This document shows, in pieces, positions 1 to 13,230 of a stretch of 32,791 nt of DNA (positions are counted from its first letter, which is position 1; each line of letters begins with the position of its first letter). The stretch is from Octopus bimaculoides (lineage: Eukaryota): the NCBI RefSeq assembly GCF_001194135.2, contig NC_068992.1, forward strand, positions 58,625,382-58,658,172, in the 5' to 3' direction. The notes under the pieces were generated by a model, which made no database searches, was not told where the DNA came from, and was given only the letters and a program-made list of their open reading frames with translations. Position numbers and translations under genes: made by a program.

Positions 1-41
<41 letters not shown>

Positions 42-49
42 CGTTTAGC

Positions 50-478
50 TTTTACTTGTGTCAGTCATGAGAATGCGGCCATGCTGGGGCTCTGCCTAGA
101 ACTATTTTTAGTCGAATGAATCGACCCCAGTACATTTTTTTAAAATCCCGGTAGTTATTCTGTCGACCTCTCTTGTCGAATCGCTAAGTTATGGGGACGT
201 AAACACACCGCTACCGGTTGTCAAACTGTGATGGGAGACAAACACAGACACCAAACACACATGCACACACCTGCAAACACACATACACACACATATACGT
301 ACACACTCACACGTATATACGGCGGGCTTCTTTCAGTTTCCGTTTATCAAATCCATTCAACAAGGCTTTGGTAGGCCATAGGCTATAGTTAAAGACACTT
401 ACTCAAGGTGCCACTCAGTGGGGCGGAACCCGGAACCATGTGTTTTGGAAGCAAGCTTCTTACCACACAGCCACGCCT
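50..478 (-). mobile_element. tRNA-headed SINE family A (octopus OR-like/CORE-like), near full length
   Basis: Reverse complement of the + copy at 12830-13230: tail TTTTACTTGTGTCAGTCA...GCGGCCATGCTGG, internal CA/TA tract, head ending CTTACCACACAGCCACGCCT. Confidence 0.9.
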
Positions 479-1835
479 ATAATTTCGTACAAGCACACAC
501 ATAGTTACACGCGGGCGTTCACACTCGCACACGTGTCATATCGAAGAGATAGCTTTACTGAATAGACTAACGGAATATAATAATTAATTGCAGAGTAAAT
601 CCAATTACTTTATGAATTCCAATTCAGAATCTGCAATCATTGATGTCGAGCAGAACTAATAGAAATAACAATAGCATGTAACTCTGGAGGACTCCCTAAT
701 TAATAAACATACTCATTATGTTAATGTAATTATTTAGTGGTTAAATATAAATAATGATCGATGGTTACGCTAGTGTCATAATGTCACAAGGAATTATTTT
801 TCCTTTAAAACCGTATTACTAGAAACAGTTTAACTTATTTTGAGTGATTGTGTTAGATATTAGCATTCTACAGATGAGTATATTAACTAGATTTCTTATT
901 GTATATAAAATCATCAGAAATTTTCCTGTGTATATTAAGTTGTTAATGAATTAGGCTAATCAAACATGATAAATTATATTTGATTATCAAAATGTTAGTT
1001 TAAGCATTTACACCTAATTGTATTATGTGATTAAAGGAAATACACTATGCTTGTTAACGAAGTGGTTAACCACTCAGTAAGCAAGTTAATACCAACAAGT
1101 TAACTTCTGAAAATGCTAACCAGAAATATTAATTACGAATCTTGTTAACTAAGATTGTTTATTCTGTTAGGTGCTCAATAATTTACTATGTGATGTTGAT
1201 ATTCTGCTATGTGATGTTGATATTCAGTTGTGAGGTGATTTAGCAGGGGACAGTGAACGACATACAAAATTCACTACCCTCGCGTGTTTGTTGATTTGGA
1301 ATCAATTCTCCAGGCACCCCCCATACACATTTATATATCCTGAATGTAATTTCATATAAATTTTTAATATTTTTATATATAATACCATCAGAAACGTAAG
1401 ATACCAGTCAACAGTTTTGGATGTCATGCTTTGATTATGAGATTACAGTACACATACGGTATTTGTATCGTATTTTTCTTACTATACATATATCAGTTTT
1501 TATATAAAGTGTAAAAACAAAGCATGCAAAATGATTACAAGTACATGAAATGAAAACTGAAGAAAAGGCAGCATTTTATTTTTAAAGTAAAGCATAAGTA
1601 ATAATGCTAGTGAAATGGCGGAAATGAAATTCAGATTTCACGTAAAAATAATGTTTTGAGCTTACGATAGAAATACAAAAAAGACATGATAATCACTACT
1701 TGTACGCCCACGTGTCATAACGGCACACATCAGCTGTACTTGGTGGAATCTTCTCGGCGCTTTGTGGGATTTCCTATTTGTGGTGTGTCATGTCTGTATT
1801 AAAAAAATCTGAATAAATCTAAACAAATCTGATAA

Positions 1836-2335
1836 AAGCAAAAATCGACAAAACCCAGTCAGACAGCAAACGCAGAATCTGTACAAAAAGAGACGAAATA
1901 TCACTAATCACTTGAGTGAATACAGTACAGTAACGCAAAAAGAGTATAGGCGCAGGGATACATTGGGATGTTAGCCAAGTGTGTTGTTTCAAAATAACAG
2001 AAAAGCGAACACGAACCGGAGACTGCAATAGAAAATAAGAATTACAGGATATAATGAGACTTCCTCATAAAATTGATCGTTCTATTGAAGCAAGAATAAT
2101 TGATGTGATTTTAGAGGACAAAATAAACAATGTAAAATCATAAACTTCACAATTGCCTGTGATAGAAGAGTAGAGTAGATACTAAATAAAATTAACGAAT
2201 AATGAAATATCAGGATCTAGCCAGAGTGTGAAGAGACTGTGGTAATTAGTACTCAGGGCACAACACCGACAATGCTACCTAACTGAATGAGAGAGAGAAT
2301 GCAACTGAGACTCGCATTGTCGACTTGCAGAAGCA
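1836..2335 (+). mobile_element. Old R4/Dong-type non-LTR retrotransposon relic (zinc knuckle + REL endonuclease region)
   Basis: Frameshifted hand translation: KIDKTQSDSKRRIC..., QKEYRRR, IHWDV, EHEPETAIENKNYRI**DF, IDRSIEAR, KYQDLAR, KRLW, IVDLQK. This parallels the motif order of the better-preserved copy at 2556-3160. Confidence 0.75.
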
Positions 2336-2397
2336 TTTTCACCAAACCTCAATATAATATTCCTGCTAATTAAATAATTAAATTAGCATGCACTAAT

Positions 2398-3237
<840 letters not shown>

Positions 3238-3240
<3 letters not shown>

Positions 3241-3241
3241 A

Positions 3242-3316
<75 letters not shown>
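3238..3316 (+). repeat. (AAT)n microsatellite, tail or target of the Dong-type element
   Basis: Read directly. Confidence 0.98.
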
Positions 3317-3319
3317 TGG

Positions 3320-4915
3320 GTCGGAGAGAGAACCCACACATAATGTAGATTATCTCTGTGTCGAAGGAAATGCCCTCTTTCAATGATTTCCAGCGATGTC
3401 ATCCGCCCTATTGATGCATGCTGAATGTTGACCATCAATGTTGGCCAGTCTTAGGACTTCCACCTAACTTTTACTCAAATCACTAGTGGTTAGAACCGTC
3501 AACACCACCCTTGTCTTCTTCGAGTTGAACATGAAAAAGTTGAAAGATGCATGATCAAAGACGAAAACGTGTGTCGTCAGATGTTTTAATTTTCACCTTA
3601 CAAACTCTTTCTTCATAGCCACGAAGGTGTCAGCAAGACTCAGACACTGTCATAACTTTGTGCGAATCTCTAATAGATTTCAACGTTGCTTGTAGAGTTT
3701 ATCGCGAGCTCGCAAACACCCTAAGCTAGGGAGGTCTGAAAGTCGTGCATAGTTACCAAGCAGAATGCCCTCTGAACTAGACTATGGTCCCCGAGTACGT
3801 CGTCACTCTTGGTCAGCAGTAACCCTATATAGAATGAAAAGGTTTAGGACCACCGACCAAACAGCGCTACAGGAGAATCTAATATCATTTCACATGTCAA
3901 AAGCTTAATCCTAATTTTCATTCACCTACAACTACTGCTCCACCCGAGACGATCCGTGCAAAGACATGCCTAGCAAATAACGACTACGCTTGGCACACTC
4001 TTCTTTATGCAGAAGAGTTTGGAAAGAGATGTACCTTTTGAACGAAATAACAAGTTCGTTCCTCTAAAAGTGAAAGAACAGTGAAGAATAGTGAAGGCGA
4101 TTAAATGCTCGCCATTTCTGTCTGACCATATAGGGACAGCTTCTCAGGGATCTTTTTTTTTTTTATTAGACTGGCTGCCCTTATTGCATTTCCGTTCCCG
4201 TTTTTGCCCACCTGAAGGCCTTGCCCGTACCAGATACTATGTTCTATGCCCCGTGACGGTACGGAACCACATGCGCACGAGTTTTTTTTTATTACTGTGT
4301 GCTTGCATTAACCTGTTTTACTTCAGTATAGTGCTAACCACCAGAATGATCCGACACGTTTAGGTCACGCCCAGATTAGAACAACCTGGAAATCCATTCG
4401 TTACCAGTCAGACTGTTGGAACTGCTTGACTAAGTTTGTGTGCCGTTCACAATCCTCTGTCACGTTGGTCATGCTTACACTATCCCAGCTTGCGCTCAAG
4501 ATGACATTATACATGTTCACTAACGGAAGGGTGTGCCGCCCAAGAAAACACTTCTTCATACTTGAAGAAACCTGGCCAATATATTCCAGACAGCACATAA
4601 GTGGATCCAAATCTGAAGTCTCCACCTTCACGCTTGTTCACATCTCGCACCGCTTTCTCACCATCCGAGCCCTGAAAAGTCGTCCGCACCTTGAGTTCTA
4701 TGCCATTCCGAAAAATACGATCTGAGCCGACCGAATGATATATATACCTTCTACGCCCTGAGAGAGAAAGAAAAGCGTAAATACCTGACTTCTGGAAATT
4801 CTGGTCTCACTGATTACTCCTACATGTAAATTTAGTGACCTGAGGTCATTAAGAAAGTGACTTGCAAGAAAATTGAATCCAGGATTTGTGCATTTGCGCA
4901 ACTGATATTCTGTGA
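3320..4915 (-). mobile_element. Degenerate APE-endonuclease LINE (Tx1/L1-like ORF2), apparently with RT domain deleted
   Basis: Minus-strand ISCANA...HFLNDLRSLNLHVGVISETR (APE N-terminal xET motif), DVNKREGGDFR, VFLGRHTLPLVNMYNVIL (decayed GDWN position), QFQQSDW. Near 3420-3650, VAMKKEFV...NFFMFNSKKTRV...VEVLRLANIDG resembles, from recall, Tx1-like ORF2 C-termini. No YADD-type RT motif seen. Confidence 0.6.
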
Positions 4916-5124
4916 GAGAATTAATGTAAGAGTTCATTTCACATTTCGCTGCCCGGGGAAATCACTTATATATATATATATATATATATATNNNNNNNNN
5001 NNNNNNNNNNNNNNNNNNNNNNNNNNNNNNNNNNNNNNNNNNNNNNNNNNNNNNNNNNNAGACACGATTGTAGGCGAATTCGTCAAAGATAATTCATTTA
5101 CAACAATTTATCTACAGGTAAAAC

Positions 5125-5158
<34 letters not shown>

Positions 5159-5372
5159 CAGAGAACGCTGTTAGCATTGAGTGAGAACTTATAATAAGCT
5201 TCTTTTTCTTAATGACCAAACTACCGCTACATGACAATTTGTTTTTCCTAAATAGAACAATATGTATCAATGACAGCACCTTCCAATTTTTAAACTCTCA
5301 GCATTTCTTTCGAGACTTTGTCATAATTTCAAAAGAAAACGGGTAAAACTTCAGTATTCTGAAGCCCATGCA

Positions 5373-5531
5373 ATGGTTCTTCAATATATAAAAGCAGAGA
5401 AACGACGAAAAAAATTAGTTCATGGTGGTTATTTATTCTATAAAAATAGAGAGAATGGAGCCAAGGCTTACTGGAATTGTAATAAACATCACAAATATAA
5501 GTTCTATCAACCCCTCTCTCTCTCTAACTAA
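5373..5531 (+). pseudogene. FLYWCH zinc-finger N-terminal fragment, probably from a MULE/Mutator-like transposase
   Basis: 52-codon ORF (below track cutoff) MVLQYIKAEKRRKKLVHGGYLFYKNRENGAKAYWNCNKHHKYK fits the FLYWCH pattern (L-x-x-x-G-Y ... Y-W-x-C). It runs into (CT)/(ATCT)n repeats before the second Cys. Confidence 0.65.
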
Positions 5532-5535
5532 CTAA

Positions 5536-5591
<56 letters not shown>

Positions 5592-6179
5592 ATATATGTC
5601 TGTTTGTCTATTTGTCTGCATGTATGTATGTGTATAGTCGACATCTATACGCAATTTAACAATAGCTTTAGATATTAAAAAAAGGACAAAATAATAAAAC
5701 TGTGCCTTTCCCAAATGAAACAGGGCTAAGTACATCCAACTACAAAGATCACACACACACACGCACACACACACACACAAATGTATATGTCTGCATTGAT
5801 GAGAATAATAAGTATGGTCTCCGCTCTGCTGACCAGTCCAAGCAGATGGTTTTCAGGCATCTGTCTGTACAAGATAGTATCAACCCAGGCCGACAGTGTG
5901 TCAAACCGGTGCAACGCACTGTTGGCTAAAACTGATGTTCGCGCGATAACGTTTTCTTGTTTCAATTGACACTACGTCATTGAGACACCTTGATAGAATT
6001 GTGATTGCAGTGTGTGTGTGCGTAGAGGTGGTAGTGATGGTGGTGGTGTTGGTGGTTGGATGAGCGGGATGGTGGGAGAAGGGGCAGGAAGTTGAATGTA
6101 GGAAGGAGTTGGAGACGAGCAAAGAGTGAGAAATGGGGTTTTAGGAGTAAAAGACTTTGGTCTGAGATAGATAAACGCA

Positions 6180-6530
<351 letters not shown>

Positions 6531-6539
6531 CGATGACCA

Positions 6540-6864
6540 TGGGGATATGAAGTTGAGAGAAAGAGAATAGAGATGTCGGTTGAAAAGACAAAAGGGCAAA
6601 ACTGTTGGTGACAGGAAACAGAAAGGGTGGGGACGAAAAGGTGGAGAAAGGGTGGGAACGAAAAGAAGATAGGAGAAAAGAAGATAAGGTGGGGACGAAA
6701 AAAAGATGGATGAAGAATAACTAAGTTTCGGGTGGGATAGAAGCAATGTGAGAAAGAAAAGGCGAGAAAAAGAGAAAGAACAGGGAGAGCAAAAGTGTAA
6801 TAAGAAGGGAGAGAAAGAGAGAGAGAGAGAGAGAATGGAAAATATATAGAGAGATAGGGCAGGA

Positions 6865-6908
<44 letters not shown>

Positions 6909-7060
6909 TGAGGGCGGATAATAGATAAACGATGAGGGTTATTGTGTGATTTCAATCATTTGTGATGTTTCTATTGCAATAGAAGAGAAAGAGTAGCAAA
7001 AGAAGGAAAAGGATGAGGAGAAGGTGGCAGAGAAGGAGATGAAAAGTCAGGTAGAATACA
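6540..7060 (+). repeat. Purine-rich (GA-rich) low-complexity tract
   Basis: Strongly A/G-biased + strand with (GA)n runs and a locally repeated GGTGGG(G/A)ACGAAAA. Confidence 0.85.
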
Positions 7061-7515
7061 GTAACAGAACAGAATAGAGCAGAAACGCTCTACATGTTTG
7101 TTTAAGTGTGGTATGCATACACACACATATGCACGCACGCACGCATGCACGCACGCACGCATGCATACATACAAACATAAATACATACGTACACATATAT
7201 GCATGCTTATATGCATAAGTAATGAGCTCCATGCATGGAACCCCCTTTGTCGTTTAGTCGCTTTCTAACTTCTGCTGCCGATAAAATATATATATATATA
7301 ATATATATATAATAAAAATATATATAATATATATATAATATAATATATATATAATATATATATAATAAAAATATATATATATATACTCACGTTTTGTACT
7401 CTGTTTCTCCTGTTTGTATTACCAAACCGCTCTGTGTGTGTGTGTGTGTGTGTGTGCGTGCGTGTGTGCGTGTGTGTGCGTGTGTGCGAGTCTGAGTGTT
7501 TACATACATTTGTAT

Positions 7516-7573
<58 letters not shown>

Positions 7574-7629
7574 GTAGATATATATTTATTTATTTATATA
7601 CATTTATATATTTATGCACACACACTCAC

Positions 7630-7674
<45 letters not shown>

Positions 7675-7949
7675 AGAGATAGATAGATAGATAGATAGAT
7701 AGATAAATATACATATACATATACATATACACACAGACTAACATACAAAGCATATACGGGCGCGCGCACTTATTCATATTTACCTATGCACACATACTTA
7801 TGTATATCAAGAAAAAACACGTCTCTGTTCGCGTTTAATAAAGTTTATTTTCCGTTTTATAAAATATTTTCCGTATCTGTTTATTAGTTCTGAAACAAAA
7901 CTGATTCCTGATTTGGGCAGAAGGTGAACAGTTTTGAGTGCGACGGGGA

Positions 7950-8118
7950 AAGTCCACGCAATCAAGCTCAGCATATGACTGGTAATTCCTTTTATCGAAC
8001 CTGGAGGGCTGGAAAGTAAAGTCGACATTAGCTGAAACCGACGTCAGAGCGTAAAGAGACAGAAAAAATAAGCTAGGCAAAATTTTGCAACGTTGTAACA
8101 CTTTGCTAGCTCATCCCT
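7950..8118 (-). mobile_element. Old SINE family B copy
   Basis: GACTGGTAATTCCTTTTATCGAACC...AAAGTAAAGTCGAC...CAGAGCGTAAAG...TAACACTTTGCTAGCTC is a diverged reverse complement of 27400-27600 and 28039-28154. Confidence 0.65.
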
Positions 8119-8458
8119 TTTTAATTTAAAGCAATAATGTTGATTTATACTTTGATCTATTTCCATTGAAATTCATTTGAGGACTTTCTCTGGTTCATCA
8201 TCAGGATGAAATGATAGGAACAACCAACGGAATACTGTTATATATGATACAATTGCGAACCGCTGATTTAAGATGGCCCACCCGTTAGTCCTTGTAGATT
8301 TCAAGTTTATTTTACATATGGTATACCTGTATGTTAATTTTAGTTTGGATATTTAAATATTAGTAAAGTATCCATAATATTTTACATATTTTAATTTATT
8401 TCTTATATACATTTATATTGACTACATATATTATTCTATCTATTACTTACACATGTAT

Positions 8459-8517
<59 letters not shown>

Positions 8518-9578
8518 ATATACAGTATGTATAATATATATGTATATATATATGCGTGTGTGTGTGTGTTTATTATACACATAAAAATGAGAAAAATATA
8601 GTTTGCACGCCTACACACATTTATGTATGCTTGTATGCGTTTATGTGCACGTATAATATGTAAAGCTGTATATATGTGCAATCATAGATACAAACATACA
8701 TGCGTGTATATATATACATAAATATATATCACACATATATGTATATATATCACACATATATATGTATACATCATACATATATATGTATATATATATATAC
8801 ATTATATATATATACATACGCACACACACGTACAAACACACACACACAGACACACACGCACACATGGTATCTAAATAGATATATTGTTAGATATTCTACT
8901 AAAGAGAAAAAGAAAGAATGGATTTTTAAATTCACATACCTAAATCTATAGATAGATAGATGAACAGATAGATATAAAGACATATAACATGTGTGTGTAT
9001 GTGTGTGTGTATTTGGGTGTGTGTATGTGTGTATGTGTGCGTGTGTGTATGTAAATATGTATACATACACAGACGCATACACATATACACATAAATATGA
9101 ATGTATTTGTGTATGTATGTGCGTGAGATAGACAGATTGATAGATTGATAGCAGAAGTTAGGTTTCTTTTGGCTCGTCCAAAATGAATTAATGTTCGCTT
9201 ACCAAACGACATGCCTCTTTCAAAAGAAAGACATCTAGCTTGGGACAATTTTGAGTGCTTTCCATCGACAATCACAACGGTGTGTGACAGCTATAAAACT
9301 TTCTATACTTTCGGAAACAATTGACCGATACGGCTGAATGACAGAAAGAAAGAACTAGATAATATATATAATAATATAATAAAATGAAATAAAATAAAAT
9401 GAATGAATACATAAATTCATAAATATGAAGGCAAAAAGCATGGTAGAACTGAGAGTTGTTGTTGAGATACAGACAACGGGTGGAGATAAAGACAAGAATA
9501 CACAAACCAAACAGACACACACAAACGCGCATAAACATTTATAATATATGTATGTACACACACACACACACATCAATA

Positions 9579-9689
<111 letters not shown>

Positions 9690-10315
9690 AGGTTTGGAGG
9701 TGATGTACAGAAATTATATAGAAAAAAATTAAGGTACTCAGAAATCTGGATGTTTGTACATTTACAGATTTTTATTAATGTCACATATTAAATAAAGCGC
9801 TTTTCACCTAGTCGTGTAGGATTTTCAAATTGAAAACAATTTATATATATATATATACACTCAGACATATATACATATATATGTATGTATGTATGTATAA
9901 ATATATATGTAAATATGTATGTATGTAATTATACCACACAGATGTTATTCATGTTCCGGGCGCCGTGGTTCTTTCGTTGCTGTGTAGATTTTGCTAACTT
10001 ATTATATATTTTTATATATATATTCTTGGCCTGTCCTTGTCTTTTGCCATCCGTTGTCGCTTACGCGTCTAAGGTATTCATTATGAATAAAGCGGACATC
10101 ATTAAACCCCCTAATTTCTTCTCTCCGGCCTATCTCCTCTCCGCTGCTGAAGATTGAAATCTGTTTATTCCCATGGTCAGTAGAAATAATAAACTCCATC
10201 GTTAAGATTTCCAGCTGCTCTCGTTCAGTTTAATTCAGTTCTGAAGGTTTAATGTCTTTTCGCGGATCTGCAACGCCAATCGATTATATCTGCTTTCCTT
10301 CTTTTCATTTTTTTT

Positions 10316-10568
10316 TTTTTAGTTGTTTCAGTTATTTGACTGTGGCCATGCTGCAGCACATTGTTGAAACGTTTTGACTAACGAATCGACCCCACTCTCC
10401 GTATTAATGTTTTTTAAAGCCTGGCATATATTCTGCTGGTCATCTTGCCAAACCGCTAAGTTACGGGGATACAAACAAACTAGCACCGGTTGTCAAGCGA
10501 TGGTGGATAAGCACAAAAATAAAGACACACATATATATATATATATATATATACGACGAGCTTCTTTC
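10316..10568 (-). mobile_element. SINE family A, 3' two-thirds (ends shortly before an N-gap)
   Basis: TTGTTTCAGTTATTTGACTGTGGCCATGCTG...CCGCTAAGTTACGGGG...CCGGTTGTCAAGCGATGG...ACGACGAGCTTCTTTCA. Confidence 0.88.
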
Positions 10569-10759
10569 ATCATCATCATGTCTATTTNNNNNNNNNNNNN
10601 NNNNNNNNNNNNNNNNNNNNNNNNNNNNNNNNNNNNNNNNNNNNNNNNNNNNNNNNNNNNNNNNNNNNNNNNNNNNNNNNNNNNNNNNNNNNNNNNNNNN
10701 NNNNNNNNNNNNNNNNNNNNNNNNNNNNNNNNNNNNNNNNNNNNNNNNNNNNNNNNNNT

Positions 10760-11029
10760 CCACGAGGCTCCGGCAGGGGATGGTGGTGAACCCTGCTGTA
10801 CTCTTTCACCACAACTTTCTCTCACTCTTTCTTCCTGTTTCTGTTGTGCCTGTAATTCAAAGGGTCAGCCTTGTCACACTGTGTCACGCTGAATATCCCC
10901 GAGAACTACATTAAGGGTACACGTGTCTGTGGAGTGCTCAGCCACTTGCACGTTAATTTCACGAGCAGGCTGTTCCGTTGATCGGATCGACTGGAACCCT
11001 CGACGTCGTAAGCGACAGAGTGCCAACAA
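10760..11029 (+). mobile_element. SINE family C, body and 3' end
   Basis: CACGAGGCTCCGGCAGGGGATGGTGG...CTTCCTGTTTCTGTT matches the reverse complement of 18369-18455. It ends CGTCGTAAGCGACAGAGTGCCAACAA. Confidence 0.85.
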
Positions 11030-11294
11030 TATGGTTGTTCATATGTTTCGACCGTGTAGCGAGATCGTATATGATTGTTTATATGATCGTATATGTTTGT
11101 TTATATCTTTCGACCGTGTAGCGAGATCGTATAGGTACTTTCGATTTAACGCCGAACTCTCCGAAAAAAATCTTCGTAAAATAAGATACATCATAGAATT
11201 TGTTAGCGTTTAAGGTTTAAAGTTGATTTTGATAGGATTCACGGTGCTTGGCAAAGATTTACTACATCAAACTATCATGAAGTAAATCTTGTCG

Positions 11295-11637
11295 TTGACT
11301 TGTTTCAGTCATATAACTGCAGCCATCCTGGGTCACCGTTTTGAAGAGTTCAATCAAAGAAATCGTCCCCGGTAGTTATTTTTAAACCTGGTACTTATTC
11401 TGTTGGTCTCTTTTGCCGAACCTCTAGATCAAGGAGGCGTAAATAAACCAACGTCTGTTGTCAAGTGAGGGACAAACAAAAACAGAAAAACACACACTCA
11501 CAAACACACACACACAAACACACACATACGTCCATGTTTTTTTGCAACGTCATGTACCCAGATATGTATGTATATGTACATGTAGATGAAGGTATGTAGA
11601 TACATGTACATATATATGCATATACTCATATATTGTT

Positions 11638-11695
<58 letters not shown>

Positions 11696-11871
11696 TACAA
11701 CGGGCTTCTCTCAATTTCCCTCTATCAAATCTATTTATAAGCCTTTGGTCTTCCCAAAGCTATAGCAGAAGACACTCGGCCAAGGTACCACGCAATGGGC
11801 CTGAATCCGAAGTCATGTGATTGGCTATGTGACTGGGAAGTAAGCCTCTCATTACACGTCACTCCTGTACC
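11295..11871 (-). mobile_element. SINE family A, diverged full-length copy with expanded internal microsatellite
   Basis: Tail ACTTGTTTCAGTCATATAACTGCAGCC, body GGTCTCTTTTGCCGAACC, CA/TA/GA tract, head AGAAGACACTCGGCCAAGGTACCACGC...CACTCCTGTACCT. Confidence 0.82.
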
Positions 11872-12056
11872 TAGGTAGAAGAATAAACATTAGCTGGTAT
11901 AAGGGAAATAGAATTATTTAGAGAATGAATAATTTAGAGATAATTCAGTAGTTTTAATTGAATTACTCATTTCAGTCATATAAATTATATGGCATTACAA
12001 ACTGATAGGGATGACAACCTGCCATTTCCTTTTCAATGACAATAACCATGTTTGAT

Positions 12057-12257
12057 TTGGGTACAAGGCCGCAATTTTGAAAAGAGGATTATTAATTGAT
12101 ATGAACTTCAGCATTTGATTAGCACTTTATTCCATCTATCCTGAAAAGATGACAGGGACAGTTCATCTTGACAGGATTTGAACTCAGTATATAAAGAGGT
12201 AGAACAAATACGACAAAGTATTTTTTGCAACACTCTAACGATTCTGCCAACTCGCCT
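12057..12257 (-). mobile_element. SINE family B, diverged
   Basis: GGTACAAGGCCGCAATTTT...GGATTTGAACTCAG...CTAACGATTCTGCCAACTCGCC. Confidence 0.8.
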
Positions 12258-12585
12258 ACGATAGCATTACATCAAAGATCATTTCTAGAGAAGAGCAACA
12301 TTTTATAAAAATTATATAAAAGGCCTAGAGTTTGATGTATATGAATACAACAGCACTTCAGTTTTGCCTATAGATAAAAGTACACATTCACCCAAATCTT
12401 ATTTATTTCACCCAAAGTATGTATACTATATCCTTTTGTTCATTTAAAAAAATAAATACTTATACAGCTATAATCTCTGTAATAAGCTTTCACACCTACC
12501 TGCTTTATTTATCTGTTTTCAATGGTTTTGCAGTCATTACTCTCACCACTACGATCACATTCTTTGCATTGTTTAGTTACTGCAT

Positions 12586-12725
12586 GCGTGGCTGTGTGGT
12601 AAGAAGTTTGCTTTCCAGCCACATAGTTCGAGTTCAGTCTCATTGCATGCTACCTTGAGCAAGTTTCTTCTCCCACAAAGTTTTGCATGTGGATTTGGTA
12701 GACGGGAAGTGAAAAAAACTCGTTA
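12586..12725 (+). mobile_element. SINE family A, 5' part (tRNA-like head + CORE-like segment)
   Basis: GCGTGGCTGTGTGGTAAGAAG...GAGTTCAGTCTC...ACCTTGAGCAAGT...GGATTTGGTAGACGG. Confidence 0.85.
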
Positions 12726-12732
12726 TACATAC

Positions 12733-12829
<97 letters not shown>

Positions 12830-12831
<2 letters not shown>

Positions 12832-13230
12832 CACAGGAGTGGCTGTGTGGTTTAGTAGCTTGCTTACCAACCACATGGTCCCGGGTCCAATCCCACTGCG
12901 TGGCACCTTGGGCAAGTGTCTTCTACTATAGCCTCGGGCCGACCAAAGCCTTGTGAGTGGATTTGGTAGACGGAAACTGAAAGAAGCCCGTCGTATATAT
13001 GTATGTATATGTGTGTATGTTTGTGTGTCTGTGTTTGTCCCCCTAGCATTGCTTGACAACCGATGCTGGTGTGTTTATGTCCCCCGTCACTTAGCAGTTC
13101 CGTAAAAGAGACCGATAGAATAAGTACTGGGCTTACAAAGAATAAGTCCCGGGGTCGATTTGCTCGACTAAAGGCGGTGCTCCAGCATGGCCGCAGTCAA
13201 ATGACTGAAACAAGTAAAAGAGTAAAAAAA
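12830..13230 (+). mobile_element. SINE family A, full length and apparently young
   Basis: A-box-like TGGCTGTGTGG (12840-12850), B-box-like GGGTCCAATCCC (12883-12894), CORE-like ACCTTGGGCAAGT (12905-12917), internal GT/TA tract, tail CCAGCATGGCCGCAGTCAAATGACTGAAACAAGTAAAAG plus A-rich end. Confidence 0.93.

Noticed and set aside
5060-5123. Possible exon end DTIVGEFVKDNSFTTIYLQ with CAG|GTAAAA donor
   Set aside because: The 5' part is lost in an N-gap, the peptide is unrecognised and the donor is weak evidence alone.
8165-8215. Minus-strand CTGATGA...GAAAGTC hammerhead-like string
   Set aside because: No G10.1-C11.1 closed stem II, no helix III, and stem I register is wrong.
11046-11133. CRISPR-like geometry (26-bp repeat, 36-bp spacer)
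   Set aside because: Only two repeats, the spacer is partly repeat-derived, there are no cas genes and the context is eukaryotic.
12830-12900. tRNA genes at SINE heads (also 18490-18566 and 28039-28125)
   Set aside because: A/B boxes are present but each head continues into a repeated SINE body; no complete cloverleaf or T-run terminator.
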